25,889 nt of DNA from Macrostomum lignano (lineage: Eukaryota): the NCBI GenBank assembly GCA_002269645.1, contig NIVC01001714.1, positions 1 through 25,889 of the forward strand, read 5' to 3'. Of this stretch, positions 1-10,622 are shown one piece after another. The first letter of the stretch is position 1. Every line of letters begins with the position of its first letter. Both the position numbers and the translations under genes were made by a program. The notes beneath the pieces are model-generated. The model searched no databases, had not been told where the DNA came from, and saw nothing but the letters and a program-made list of their open reading frames with translations.

Positions 1-369
1 GCAAGACGGACGAACTCCGTCTAACGGAGCAGGCCCAATCTAGCTCAACCAATGAGAGGGCAGTAAGGAGAGAGTTCAAGTTAGACTGGTGATGAAACTC
101 AGTCTAGGAGGCATGAACGCAAGACAGAGGAAACACAGCCTAGAGGGCAGCCCAATTCAGCTCAGCCAATGAGACAGCAGTAAGGAGAGAGGTCAAGAGA
201 GAAAAGTGTGGCGCCCCAGCCCCCTGCCCCCAGCTAGGCCGATAAAGAGTTAGACTTCCTCTCTCCGCTTGTGTTGTGTCTGACTTCGACCTCTCTCCTT
301 ACCGCTCTCTCATTGGCTGAGCTAAATTGGGCCTGTCCCCTAGACTGTGTTTCCTCTGTCTTGCGTTCA
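1..369. repeat. Direct plus inverted repeat (foldback) with six CCAAT boxes upstream of PLOD
   Basis: 114-197 is an imperfect inverted repeat of 284-369 (~85 nt arms, 86 nt spacer). 1-80 is a diverged direct copy of 119-197. CCAAT at 35, 49, 152, 166 and ATTGG at 312, 326. Confidence 0.8.
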
Positions 370-603
370 CTTGTGTACATCGAATTAAATTCTTGTTGTT
401 CATTCTTAAACCCAGATGCTTCAAGGCCACAAAAAAAGAAATTAAAACTTTAGCTGCCACATTAAATTTTAGTGATACTGTGCAGATTAACTACTTAAAA
501 CAGAATATACGCTCTACTTATACATATATTTTGTTATTATGGTATCTGTGCGCCGAGTTAGCTACTTGACCTTATTATATCCTGATTTACCTGTCAATCA
601 TTC

Positions 604-1114
604 ATGCCAGTTGCTATGCATCTCACACTGTCACTATTATTGATTGCTTGCATCAGCTCCGTTTACTACGAGAAAGTATCTGGAGCCAATTCTCAACTCC
701 GTATTCTAACGGTTGCCACGGAGACCAATGACGCTCTGGCCGCGTTTCTGGCCTCGGCTAAGCTGCGCGCTTGCCAACTCCGGAGCCGTTGGGTCTCGGC
801 TCCGATTGGCTCGGCGGCGACGTGTCTCGCGCGCGCGGGCGGCGGTCAGAAGATTCTGCTAATGCGCCGGGCGCTGGCTGACGTGCCAGACGATCAACTG
901 GTGCTGTTTAGCGACGCCTACGACGCTGTGTTTCTAGCTGGCCAGGCGGCTATTCGAAGTGCATTCGAGGCTAGCGGAGCCGGAGTACTAATCTCTGCCG
1001 AACGGTTCTGCTGGCCCGACCAGAGCCTGGCCGACAAGTATCCAAACCTCCCGCTGGCCGGAAGACAGCCTATTTAAATTCTGGCGGGTATATGGGCAAG
1101 GCTGGGGAGCTCAG
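604..1114 (+). CDS. PLOD: Procollagen-lysine 2-oxoglutarate 5-dioxygenase / glycosyltransferase (PLOD, LH3-type), exon 1 of 4; three apparent single-base frameshifts
   Basis: Signal-peptide-like start, then LRILTVAT, GGGQK, FSDAYD, SAERFCWPD. The conserved LGLGSDWLGGDV lies in another frame (771-836) and YLNSGGYMG begins at 1071 in that frame. Donor AG|GTGAGA at 1115. Start could be ATG 604 or ATG 616. Joined model 604-1114, 2010-2825, 4330-4797, 6119-6569 gives ~748 aa after a net +1 repair. Confidence 0.88.
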
Positions 1115-1222
1115 GTGAGACTTGATTTGAGTCTTGAAGGATGTGTGGGTCTAAACTTCGACACAAGATGTCAAATGGCACTGAGATTCTTACTTTTAAA
1201 GACACATAATGTGGCTCTTTGA

Positions 1223-1892
1223 GTCTAGGGTTGTGGGTTATTAGGTCTATAGGGTTGTGGATTATTAGGTCTATATGGTTGTGGGTTATTAGGTCTATAG
1301 GGTTGTGAGTTATTAGGGTCTATAAGGTTGTGGCTTATTAGGTCTATAGGGTTGTGGATTATTTGGTCTAAGATTGTGGTTTATTAGGTCTAAGGTTGTG
1401 GGTTATTAGGTCTGGTGTTGTGGTTTATTAGGTCTAGTTTTTTGGTTTATTAGGTCTGGTGTTGTGGTTTATTAGGTCTAAGGTTGTGGTTTATTAGGTC
1501 TGGTGTTTTGGTTTATTAGGTCTGGTGTTTGGTTTATTAGGTCTAGGGTTGTGACTGTGAGTAGGTCTAGGGTTGTGAGTAGATCTAGGGTTGTGAGTAG
1601 GTCTAGGGTTGTGAGTAGGTCTAGGGTTGTGAGTAGGTCTAGGGTTGTGAGTAGGTCTAGGGTTGTGAGTAGGTCTAGGGTTGTGAGTAGAGTAGGTCTA
1701 GGGTTGTGAGTAGGTCTAGGGTTGTGAGTAGGTCTAGGGTTGTGAGTAGATCTAGGGTTGTGAGTAGGTCTAGGGTTGTGAGTAGGTCCAGGGTTGTGAG
1801 TAGGTCTAGGGTTGTGAGTAGAGTAGGTCTAGGGTTGTGAGTAGGTCTAGGGTTGTGAGTAGGTCTAGGGTTGTGAGTAGGTCTAGGGTTAG
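1223..1892. repeat. Intronic minisatellite (PLOD intron 1)
   Basis: Degenerate ~21-23 nt GGTTGTGGTTTATTAGGTCT units grade into a homogeneous 18-nt GTAGGTCTAGGGTTGTGA array. Confidence 0.95.
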
Positions 1893-2009
1893 TCGGTGTT
1901 TGCAAGGTCATGCATATATTATTGTGCGAGTGTCATGGTTTATGGTCAAGGGCTCGTAAAGTGCGTCAAGGCCTGCACACTATGCACTCATTCACCTGTT
2001 CCAATGCAG

Positions 2010-2825
2010 GCGCCTGCTCAACTATGCCCCAATCACCGACTCAGACGATGACCAGCTGTTCCTGACTCGTGCCTTCCTCAACCCGGACTTGCGTCAGCGG
2101 CATCGCATGGCCTTAGACTACGACTGCTCAGTATTCCAGACGCTCAACGGAGCCCTGTCCGAGGTGTCGCTACGCTGGGACGACAGCGGCTTAGGCTATC
2201 TGCGCAACACTGTCACGGGTAGTTCTCCCGCCCTACTGCACGGCAATGGACCAATTAAAGCAGAATTTTGGCGATTAACAAACTATCTGGGCAGAGGCTG
2301 GTCAGACAGTCTGGGCTGTCAGCACTGCCCGCCAATGCCGCCGCCAACTGTGGCTCAACTGTTGCAGCGCCAATCAGAACTGCCCTACCTGACTGTCGGC
2401 GTGTTGCTAACCGATCCGGCGCCGTTTCCCGACCTGCTATTGGCTAGATTAGCCGAGCAGACTTATCCAAAGCAGCGAATTCATCTTCGTATCGATCTGG
2501 GACCGGGGGCCTCGGCTAGAAATGTTCATTTAGCCGTTAGAGATTTCATTGACAATCCTGTGCACGAGTATGCCAGTATTGTGCTGAATAATGCTTCGGA
2601 TAATTTAGCTTTCTCGCCGGTTTCTGCTAGACAGATACTGTTGGTTAATGAGTACAATTCAGATTTTATATTCTTTGTTGAGCCGATTGCTCAGCTAACT
2701 GGACGAGATGCTCTGACTCAGCTGGTGGCCGTTAATCGGTCTATTGTTGCGCCACTGCTAGTGCTGCCCGGTAAATTGTGGTCCAACTTCTGGGGCGCCT
2801 TGAATGCCGACGGATATTATGCCAG
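2010..2825 (+). CDS. PLOD: PLOD exon 2 (end of glycosyltransferase domain, accessory domain)
   Basis: Acceptor TGCAG|G at 2009. Reads RLLNYAPITDSDDDQLF, FQTLNG, LHGNG, GKLWSNFWGALNADGYYAR. Donor AG|GTGAGA at 2826. Phase 2 at both ends. Confidence 0.96.
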
Positions 2826-2833
2826 GTGAGAGG

Positions 2834-4290
2834 TCGGATAGCGGCTGTAGCCTTTAGAGGATTGGGGGCGGATAGCGGCTGCAGCCTTTGGAGAATTGGG
2901 AGCGGATAGCAGCCGAAGCTTTGGAGAATTGGGAGCGGATAGCAGCCGAAGCTTTTGGAGAATTGGGAGCGAATAGCAGCCGAAGCTTTTGGAGAATTGG
3001 GAGCGGATAGCAGCCGAAGCTTTGCAGAATTGGGAGCGGATAGCAGCCGAAGCTTTGGAGAATTGGGAGCGGATAGCAGCCGAAGCTTTTGGAGAATTGG
3101 GAGCGGATAGCGGCTGCAGCCTTTGGAGGATTGGGGGCGGATAGCGGCTGTAGCCTTGGAGGATTGGAGGCGGATAGCGGCTGCAGCCTTTAGAGGATTG
3201 GGGGGCGGATAGCGGCTGCAGCCTTTGCAGGATTGGGGGCGGATAGCGGCTGCAGCCTTTGGAGGATTGGGGGCGGATAGCGGCTGTAGTCTTTGGAGAA
3301 TTGAGGGCGGATAGCGGCTGCAGCCTTTGGAGGATTGGGGGCGGATAGCGGCTGCAGCCTTTGGAGGATTGGGGGCGGATAGCGGCTGCAGTCTTTGGAG
3401 GATTGGGGGCGGATAGCGGCTGCAGCCTTTGGAGGATTGGGGGCGGATAGTGGCTGCAGCCTTTGGAGAATTGGGGGCGGATAGTGGCTGCAGCCTTTGG
3501 AGAATTGGGGGCGGATAGCAGCCGAAGCTTTGGAGAATTGGGAGCGGATAGCAGCCGAAGCTTTGGAGAATTGGGAGCGGATAGCAGCCGAAGCTTTTGG
3601 AGAATTGGGAGCGGATAGCAGCCGAAGCTTTTGGAGAATTGGGAGCGGATAGCAGCCGAAGCTTTGGAGAATTGGGAGCGGATAGCAGCCGAAGCTTTGG
3701 AGAATTGGGAGCGGATAGCAGCCGAAGCTTTTGGAGAATTGGGAGCGGATAGCAGCCGAAGCTTTGGAGAATTGGGAGCGGATAGCAGCCGAAGCTTTTG
3801 GAGAATTGGGAGCGGATAGCAGCCGAAGCTTTGGAGAATTGGGAGCGGATAGCAGCCGAAGCTTTTGGAGAATTGGGAGCGGATAGCGGCAGTAGCCTTG
3901 GAGGATTGGGGGCGGATAGCGGCTGTAGCCTTTGGAGGATTGGGGGCGGATAGCGGCTGCAGCCTTTGGAGGATTGGGGGCGGATAGCGGCTGCAGCCTT
4001 TGGAGGATTGGGGGCGGATAGCGGCTGTAGTCTTTGGAGAATTGGGGGCGGATAGCGGCTGCAGCCTTTGGAGGATTGGGGGCGGATAGCGGCTGCAGCC
4101 TTTGGAGGATTGGGGGCGGATAGCGGCTGCAGTCTTTAGAGGATTGGGGGCGGATAGCGGCTGCAGTCTTTGGAGGATTGGGGGCGGATAGCGGCAGTAG
4201 CCTTGGAGGATTGGGGGCGGATAACGGCTGTAGCCTTTGGAGGATTGGGGGCGGATAGCGGCTGCAGTCTTTGGAGGATTGGAGGCGGAT
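2834..4290. repeat. Intronic minisatellite, 33-34 nt unit, two alternating variants (PLOD intron 2)
   Basis: Unit A GGAGGATTGGGGGCGGATAGCGGCTGCAGCCTTT, unit B GGAGAATTGGGAGCGGATAGCAGCCGAAGCTTT. Fills nearly all of the 1504-nt intron. Confidence 0.97.
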
Positions 4291-4329
4291 AGCGCCAACT
4301 CAAGTTAAACAAGTGCCGCACCCTTACAG

Positions 4330-4797
4330 ATCAGACGACTACTTAGACATTGTCAGCGACGCGCGCCGTGGCCTGTGGAACGTGCCTTACGTATCGGCAG
4401 CCTACCTAATCAATAGGCGAGCTGCTCAAATCCTACTCAAAGCTGGCGCATTCGATTCCAAACGATTAGCCGCTAGTGGAGTCGATTACGACATAGATTT
4501 CGCTTCAATTGCTAGATCGAAAAATGTGTTTATGCACGTGCTAAACACACTGCCATTCGGTCACCTGACTGACAACTCCAATACCACTAGGTTGCACGCT
4601 AGCAATGATCTGTGGGAGATTTGGGCTAATCCGGTGGATTGGGAGCACAAGTACATGCATCCGGATTATTGGCGATTCGCCTCCGACGATGCTCAGCTAG
4701 GGGATTTTGAGCAGCCCTGCCCGGATGTGTTTTGGTTGCCATTGGTTACGCCTTCGTTTTGCCACGATCTGGTTGCCGTTATGGAGTCGTTCGGAAG
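4330..4797 (+). CDS. PLOD: PLOD exon 3
   Basis: Acceptor TACAG|A at 4329. Reads SDDYLDIV, GLWNVPYVS, DLWEIWANPVDWE, EQPCPDVFW. Donor AG|GTGAGT at 4798. Confidence 0.96.
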
Positions 4798-4804
4798 GTG
4801 AGTA

Positions 4805-6030
4805 TTGGATTTTTACGACCTGGGATAGGAATTGGGATAATTGGGGATTTTTACGACCGGGGATAGGAATTGGGATAACTGGGATTTTTACGACCGGGGA
4901 TAGGAATTGGGATAATTGGGGTTTTTTACGACTGGGGATAGGAGCTGGGAAAATTTGGAATTTTTATGATTGCGGATAGGAGCTGGGAAAATTGGGGATT
5001 TCATGATTGGTGATAGGAATTGGGATAATTGAGAATTTTTATGATTGCGAATAGGAGCTGGGAAAATTTGGAATTTTTATGATTGCGGATAGGAGCTGGG
5101 AAAATTGGGGATTTCATGATTGGGGATAGGAACTGGGAGAATTGGGGATTTCATGATTGGGGATACGAGCTGGGAGAATTGGGGATTTTTAGGATTGGTG
5201 ATAGGAATTGGGATAATTGGGAATTTTTATGATTGCGAATAGGAGCTGGGAAAATTGGGGATTTCATGATTAGTGATAGGAATTGGGAAAATTAGGGATT
5301 TCATGATTGGGAATACGAGCTGGGAGAATTGGGGATTTTTATGATTGGGGATAGGAATTGGGATAATTGGGAATTTTGATGATTGAGGATAGGAGCTGGG
5401 AGAATCGGGGGTTTTTATGATTGGGGATAGGAACTAGGAGAATTGGGGATTTTTATGATTGGGGATAGGAACTAGGAGAATTGGGGATTTTTATGATTGG
5501 GGATAGGAGCTGGAAAAATTGGGGATTTTTATGATTGGGGATAGGAGCTGGAAAAATTGGGGATTTTTATGATTGGGGATAGGAGCTGGAAAAATTGGGG
5601 ATTTTTATGATTGGGGATAGGAATTGGGATAATTGGGAATTTTGATGGTTGGGGATAGGAGCTGGGAGAATCGGGGGGTTTTATGATTGGGGATAGGAAC
5701 TGGGAGAATTGGGGATTTTTATGATTGGGGATAGGAACTGGGAGAATTGGGGATTTTTATGATTGGGGATAGGAACTGGGAGAATTGGGGATTTTTATGA
5801 TTGGGGATAGGAACTGGGAGAATTGGGGATTTTTATGATTGGGGATAGGACCTGGGAGAATTAAGGATTTTTATGAATAAGGATAGGAACTGAGAGAATT
5901 GGGGATTTTTATGATTGGGGATAGGACCTGGGAGAATTAAGGATTTTTATGAATAAGGATAGGAACTGAGAGAATTGGGGATTTTTATGATTAAGGATAG
6001 GAACTGAGGACTTGTAAATTTGGGGATAGG
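4805..6030. repeat. Intronic G-rich minisatellite, ~38 nt unit (PLOD intron 3)
   Basis: Unit GGGGATAGGAACTGGGAGAATTGGGGATTTTTATGATT repeated with variants. Confidence 0.96.
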
Positions 6031-6118
6031 AGCTGCTAGTATTTAAGGATTTTAAATTCTGGGAAAGCAACTGTTATTCTGCTAATATTTCTACTAACAG
6101 CAGTAGTGCAATTCGCAG

Positions 6119-6569
6119 ATGGTCAGACGGCACAAACACAGATCCCCGGCTAGAAGGCGGCTACGAGAATGTGCCAACTCGCGACATTCACATGCGCCAA
6201 GTTGGCTGGGAGGCGCACTGGCTGCACTTTCTAGTAAAGTACATGCACCCAATCCAGCTAAAACTGTTCCAAGGCTACAGCGACAAGCCTTGGGCTCGAA
6301 TGAACTTCGTTGTTCGCTATCACCCCGAGGAGCAGAAGGAGCTTCGGCCGCATCATGACGCCTCAGACTACACTGTCAATCTGGCTCTCAATCAGGTTGG
6401 CGAGGACTTCGAAGGCGGCGGCTGCAGGTTTCCTCGCTACAACTGCTCCGTGATCGCTCCGCGACTAGGCTGGGCGTTTGTCCATCCCGGTAGGATCACT
6501 CACCTGCACGAGGGCCTGGAAGTCACTAAAGGTGTTCGTTACATCTTTGTCACCTTTGTTAATCCGTGA
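6119..6569 (+). CDS. PLOD: PLOD exon 4 (Fe(II)/2-oxoglutarate lysyl hydroxylase domain)
   Basis: Acceptor CGCAG|A at 6118. Reads [24 protein letters not shown] (HxD), THLHEGL (distal His), [12 protein letters not shown]-stop, matching the PLOD C-terminus. Confidence 0.97.
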
Positions 6570-6648
6570 TGAGGCTGGTTTTTGCTGTTTTTGTCAGCTA
6601 GATAATTTGGTCAAAATTAACTTGCTTTTCTAATCTCTCTCTTTCCAG

Positions 6649-6840
6649 TGTACACTCCCCCTATTCCTTACCCTTAATGTACACCCCCGATTCCTCTCCC
6701 CCGATGTACACCCCTGACCCCTTTCTCCCAATGTTCACTCCCTCTATCCCTTAGCCCAATGTACACTCCCTCTATTCCTCTCCCCCAATGTACACTCCCC
6801 AATCCCTCACCCTTAATGTACACTCCCCCGATCCCTCTTT
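6649..6840. repeat. Degenerate CCCAATGTACACTC minisatellite downstream of the PLOD stop
   Basis: About seven degenerate copies of (C)CCAATGTACAC(T)CCC separated by pyrimidine-rich spacers. Confidence 0.8.
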
Positions 6841-8107
6841 CCCTCTTTTTCTAGCACAAATACTTGCTAATTTCTTTACTTGCTACTCATTCTCATAGTA
6901 GCTAAGTAGTATAGACAGCACATTGACCACAATTATCTAGAATGCATGCCTTATATTTATTGCAGTAGTTTAATAGATTAACCCGACCTATATATTTGCA
7001 TGGCATTTTTTCAACCCGTAGATTGAACTTTTTTCAATTCGGCCTAATTGCTACTAGTAGTATGTCTGGTTTCTTTTCATTTTACAATGCTAGTCAAAAG
7101 GCCTGCCTTTATTTATCACAGCACTGTTCGACTTTTTATCAAAAAACCCACTTTTGCTTTGAGCGTCTGCTCACAGTAGTTGAAATGCGTTTTTTATCTA
7201 TTTATATACCGAGTTATTCGGAATTTTGCACACGAACAGGTTAATAGTCTTGTCAAAGATCTTGCTGAACTAATGCACATCTACACTAATATATCTTTAG
7301 TGTACGTAAACGGCCATCCTGCAGTATATTAGATGTACATCCATTCTAACGTACATTTAATGTACATGCAACTTCAAGTATATCGGATGTACATTAGTTC
7401 TGACTTGTTCGTTTGACAGTTTCTGTCTCGACTCTTTTTCTTACAATGTTAATTTTTTTAACCTACTACACCTTTTTACACAATTTTTATCAGCCTCAAT
7501 CACTGCTACAGTTCGACAAAATCTTCCCTTGGTCGCTTAATTAAATTTGCTTTTTTACTGTTTTATAAAAATTGTCCTAATTGTGTTTTTTTTAAACAGA
7601 TTTTGATTTTTTCGATTCATATCAAATTTTACTGCTAATTTGCTGCGATTGCCTACTTTTAGTATAGTAGCTCGAAATGTAAACCTTTTTTTACAACAAA
7701 GCTTTGAAAAAATCTTCCGGTTTTTATTTGTTACCCAAATCCTTCGTTTGTTCTCTGGCATGCATTGCTGTTTGACGTGAACTAATAATAATTAAATCAA
7801 GTTTTGATTAAACAACAACTATATATACTACTTAATACCAACGCGAATGCATGCTTATTGTGTGACTTTTTTGGCTTTTATTTAATAAAAAACAAACTTT
7901 AAAAAACAGAATTCTCTTTAGTTTTTTAATTTAGATATTTTCAGTAAAAAGTATCTAATTTTAGCAACCGACTGTTGCTAATTTTGTCTCTACACATACA
8001 AGAACTGCTTGTGTTTGGTTTCAGGTGTGTATATCTGTATATACACCTGCACATTTTATAAGCTCTATCAGATAGGGGGAGAGCTGTAACCACACATACA
8101 CAAAGCT

Positions 8108-8585
8108 ATGCACACGCTGCGCACCATACCTGGAGAGGAGCAGCCGTCACAGCAGCCAAACGAGCATCATCAGGCATTAAGCGACGATCAGGAGCCTCTG
8201 CTACCGCCTGCAGCAGCCAGTCAGCAGCAGGCATCGGCAGAATTGTTGCCAGCTGATAAATTCTACATCTCGCTACTGTTGTTCACCCTGCTGGGCGTTG
8301 GCAGCCTGTTGCCTTGGAATTTCTTCACTACGGCTAGAAGTTACTTCGAGTATAAACTGAGAAATGTCAGCAATATCACTGGCTGGCCGGATCAGCCCTG
8401 GATGCGGGACACTTTTGAAAGCTATTTGGCTGTGTTCAGCAATCTGCCAGGAGTTCTCTGTGTGTTGGCCAATGCGGCCGCTGCTGGCCGGGTCACTATT
8501 GCTGGCCGGATGGTTGTCTCTCTGAGCCTCATGTCCGCCATGTTCGCCTGCTCTGCTGCCTTTGTACTGGTGGATACCGACTGGC
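8108..8585 (+). CDS. ENT: Equilibrative nucleoside transporter (SLC29 family, ENT3-like), exon 1 of 3
   Basis: LLGVGSLLPWNFFTTA and FESYLAV are SLC29 signatures. N-terminal DQEPLL. Donor C|GTGAGC at 8586 (phase 1). Joined model 8108-8585, 9129-9446, 9991-10622 = 1428 nt = 475 aa plus stop, no frameshift. Confidence 0.93.
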
Positions 8586-8699
8586 GTGAGCTGCTGGGAC
8601 AGGGAAGGGGATTGTCTGCTGCTCACTGCACACTTGTGAACTCTCTGACACTTGAGTCTTGATAAGATGTACACTGTATGCATTTTATCGAGTCTGTGG

Positions 8700-9120
8700 A
8701 GCCTCTTCTCCACCCTGACTTACCCTCTCTTACCCTCTCTCACCCTCCTTACCCTCTCTCACCCTGATTCTTACCCTCTCTCAGCCTCTTCTCCCTCTAT
8801 TACCCTTCTTTCTCAATTACCCTCCTTACCCTCTCGCCCTTCTTACCGTTTCTCAACCTTTCCCACCCTCCTCTCCCTCTATCACCCCCCTCTCTCTCTC
8901 ACTTACTCTCCTTACACTTTCCCACCCTCCTTACCCTTTCTCACTCCACTTACCCTCTCTCTCACCCTTCCTCCCTCCATTCTCCCTCCTTCTCTTGCAG
9001 TTACCCTATTCTCCTTTTCTTAGCTTCCTCCATTACATTCCTCCACCCCTTACCACCTTACCTTTCTCCCCTTAACTTTCTTATCCACCTTACCCTCTTC
9101 TCACCCTCTTTACCCTCCTT
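8700..9120. repeat. Low-complexity polypyrimidine tract (ENT intron 1)
   Basis: ~420 nt built on CTTACCCTCTCT-like units, almost no G on the + strand. Confidence 0.85.
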
Positions 9121-9128
9121 GCCCGCAG

Positions 9129-9446
9129 ACCAGTCCGAGTTTTTCTGGGCCACCCTGGCCTCGGTGGCTCTGATGAGCGGCAGCGGTGCAGTGATGCAAG
9201 GCTCCTTATTCGGCTTAGCCGCCATGTTCCCCAAGCGCTACATCAACGCGGTGACTCTGGGCCAAGCCAGCGGCGGGGTGATAGCCGCTGTGGCCTATAT
9301 TATCAGCTTAGAGATTGGCAGCCACCCTCGATCTGCCGCTTTTCTCTACTTCCTATCGGCAACTGTCGTGTTGCTGATGTGTCTGGCAGCTTATCTACTG
9401 CTGCGGCGGCTGTCTTTTGTGCGGGATAGGCTGTGCAGAGCCAGGG
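9129..9446 (+). CDS. ENT: ENT exon 2
   Basis: Acceptor CGCAG|AC at 9128. Reads QGSLFGLAAMFPKRYINAVTLGQASGG and further hydrophobic helices. Donor G|GTGAGT at 9447 (phase 1). Confidence 0.93.
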
Positions 9447-9489
9447 GTGAGTTTCAAGTCAGCTAGTATCTCTTTAGCGTCAATCTTCT

Positions 9490-9925
9490 AGTTGAAAATT
9501 CCAAATCCCCAGTTAAAAATCCCAGATCTTCTACTTAAAAATCCCAAATCCCCAGTTAAAAATCCCAAATCCTCCAGTTAAAAATCCCAAATCCCCAGTT
9601 AGAAATCCCAAATCCCCAGTTTGAAATCCCAAATCCCCAGTTAGAAATCCCAAATCCCCAGTTAGAAATCCCAAATCCCCAGTTAGAAATCCCAAATCCC
9701 CAGTTAAAAATCCAAAATCACCAGTTAGAAATCCCAAATCCCCAGTTTGAAATCCCAAATCCACTAGTTGAAAATCCAGATCCCCTAGTTAAAAATCTCA
9801 AATCCCCAATCAAAAATCCCAAATCCCCAATTAAAATCCCAAATCCCCAGATAAAAATCCCAAATCCTTAGCTGGAAGTCCAGAGTCCCAAGTTAAAAAT
9901 CCCAAATCCCCAGTTAGAAATCCGA
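9490..9925. repeat. Intronic minisatellite, 21 nt unit (ENT intron 2)
   Basis: Unit AAATCCCAAATCCCCAGTTAG. Confidence 0.95.
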
Positions 9926-9990
9926 AATCCTCTGTTATCTTTGTACCATGAATCATACCTGTGCTAAAAATTCAATTCTCCAATCACCAG

Positions 9991-10622
9991 GCGCCGACCT
10001 GACTGATTCTTTGACGATACCAACGCCGACGCCGACACCGTCGCCGACGCTCCATGAGGCGCCCAATCGGCGCCGACTGTCCAACCGGCCCGCCTGGCGC
10101 CACCTGATCGGACCTGGCGGTGGCGCCTTCGCCGTGCTGACTATCACTCTGACCCTCTACCCGGCCCTGCTCAGCTCGCTGAGTCCCATGGCCGAACCGT
10201 GGCTGCTGTACTCGCCACTTTGCTGCTTCCTAGTTTACAACACTTTCGACCTGTTTGGCCGGTTCCTCACCTCCGCGGCGCCAACCCCGGGCGCCTGTGG
10301 GCGCGCACATTTCTCATTAATCACGCTGGCTCTGCTGCGGCTACTGTTTGTGCCGCTATTCCTGATGTGCAACTATTCGCTTGGTGGGGAACAGCGCAGA
10401 TTAATGCCAGTCTATTTCGCTTGGGACTGGGCGCCGCCGTTGCTAGTGTCAGCGTTCGGCCTTAGCAACGGTTATTTGTTTACTCTGTGTTTTATGCGCG
10501 CCTCGGAGCAGGCGCCAACTCACTTAGCCGAGTCGCATGGCGCTGTGATGAGCATGTGCGCTGTGGTTGGCTCCTCCACCGGGTCGGCGCTGTCGTTTCT
10601 GTTTACTGCCGGCACCAGGTGA
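9991..10622 (+). CDS. ENT: ENT exon 3 (TM7-TM11)
   Basis: Acceptor ACCAG|GC at 9990. Reads TLYPAL, FLVYNTFDLFGR, LRLLFVPLFLMCN, FGLSNGYL, GS..GSALS. Stop TGA 10620-10622. Confidence 0.92.

Noticed and set aside
1551-1892. Interstitial telomeric repeat in PLOD intron 1 (TAGGGTT within the unit)
   Set aside because: Only one partial telomere-like word per 18-nt unit and no tandem TTAGGG run.
2817-4298. 493-aa minus-strand ORF spanning PLOD intron 2
   Set aside because: The reverse complement of the repeat unit has no stop codon in any frame, so a long ORF is expected. The translation is purely repetitive.
6996-7761. Short AT-rich ORFs between PLOD and ENT
   Set aside because: Low-complexity composition, no homology motifs and no supporting splice structure.
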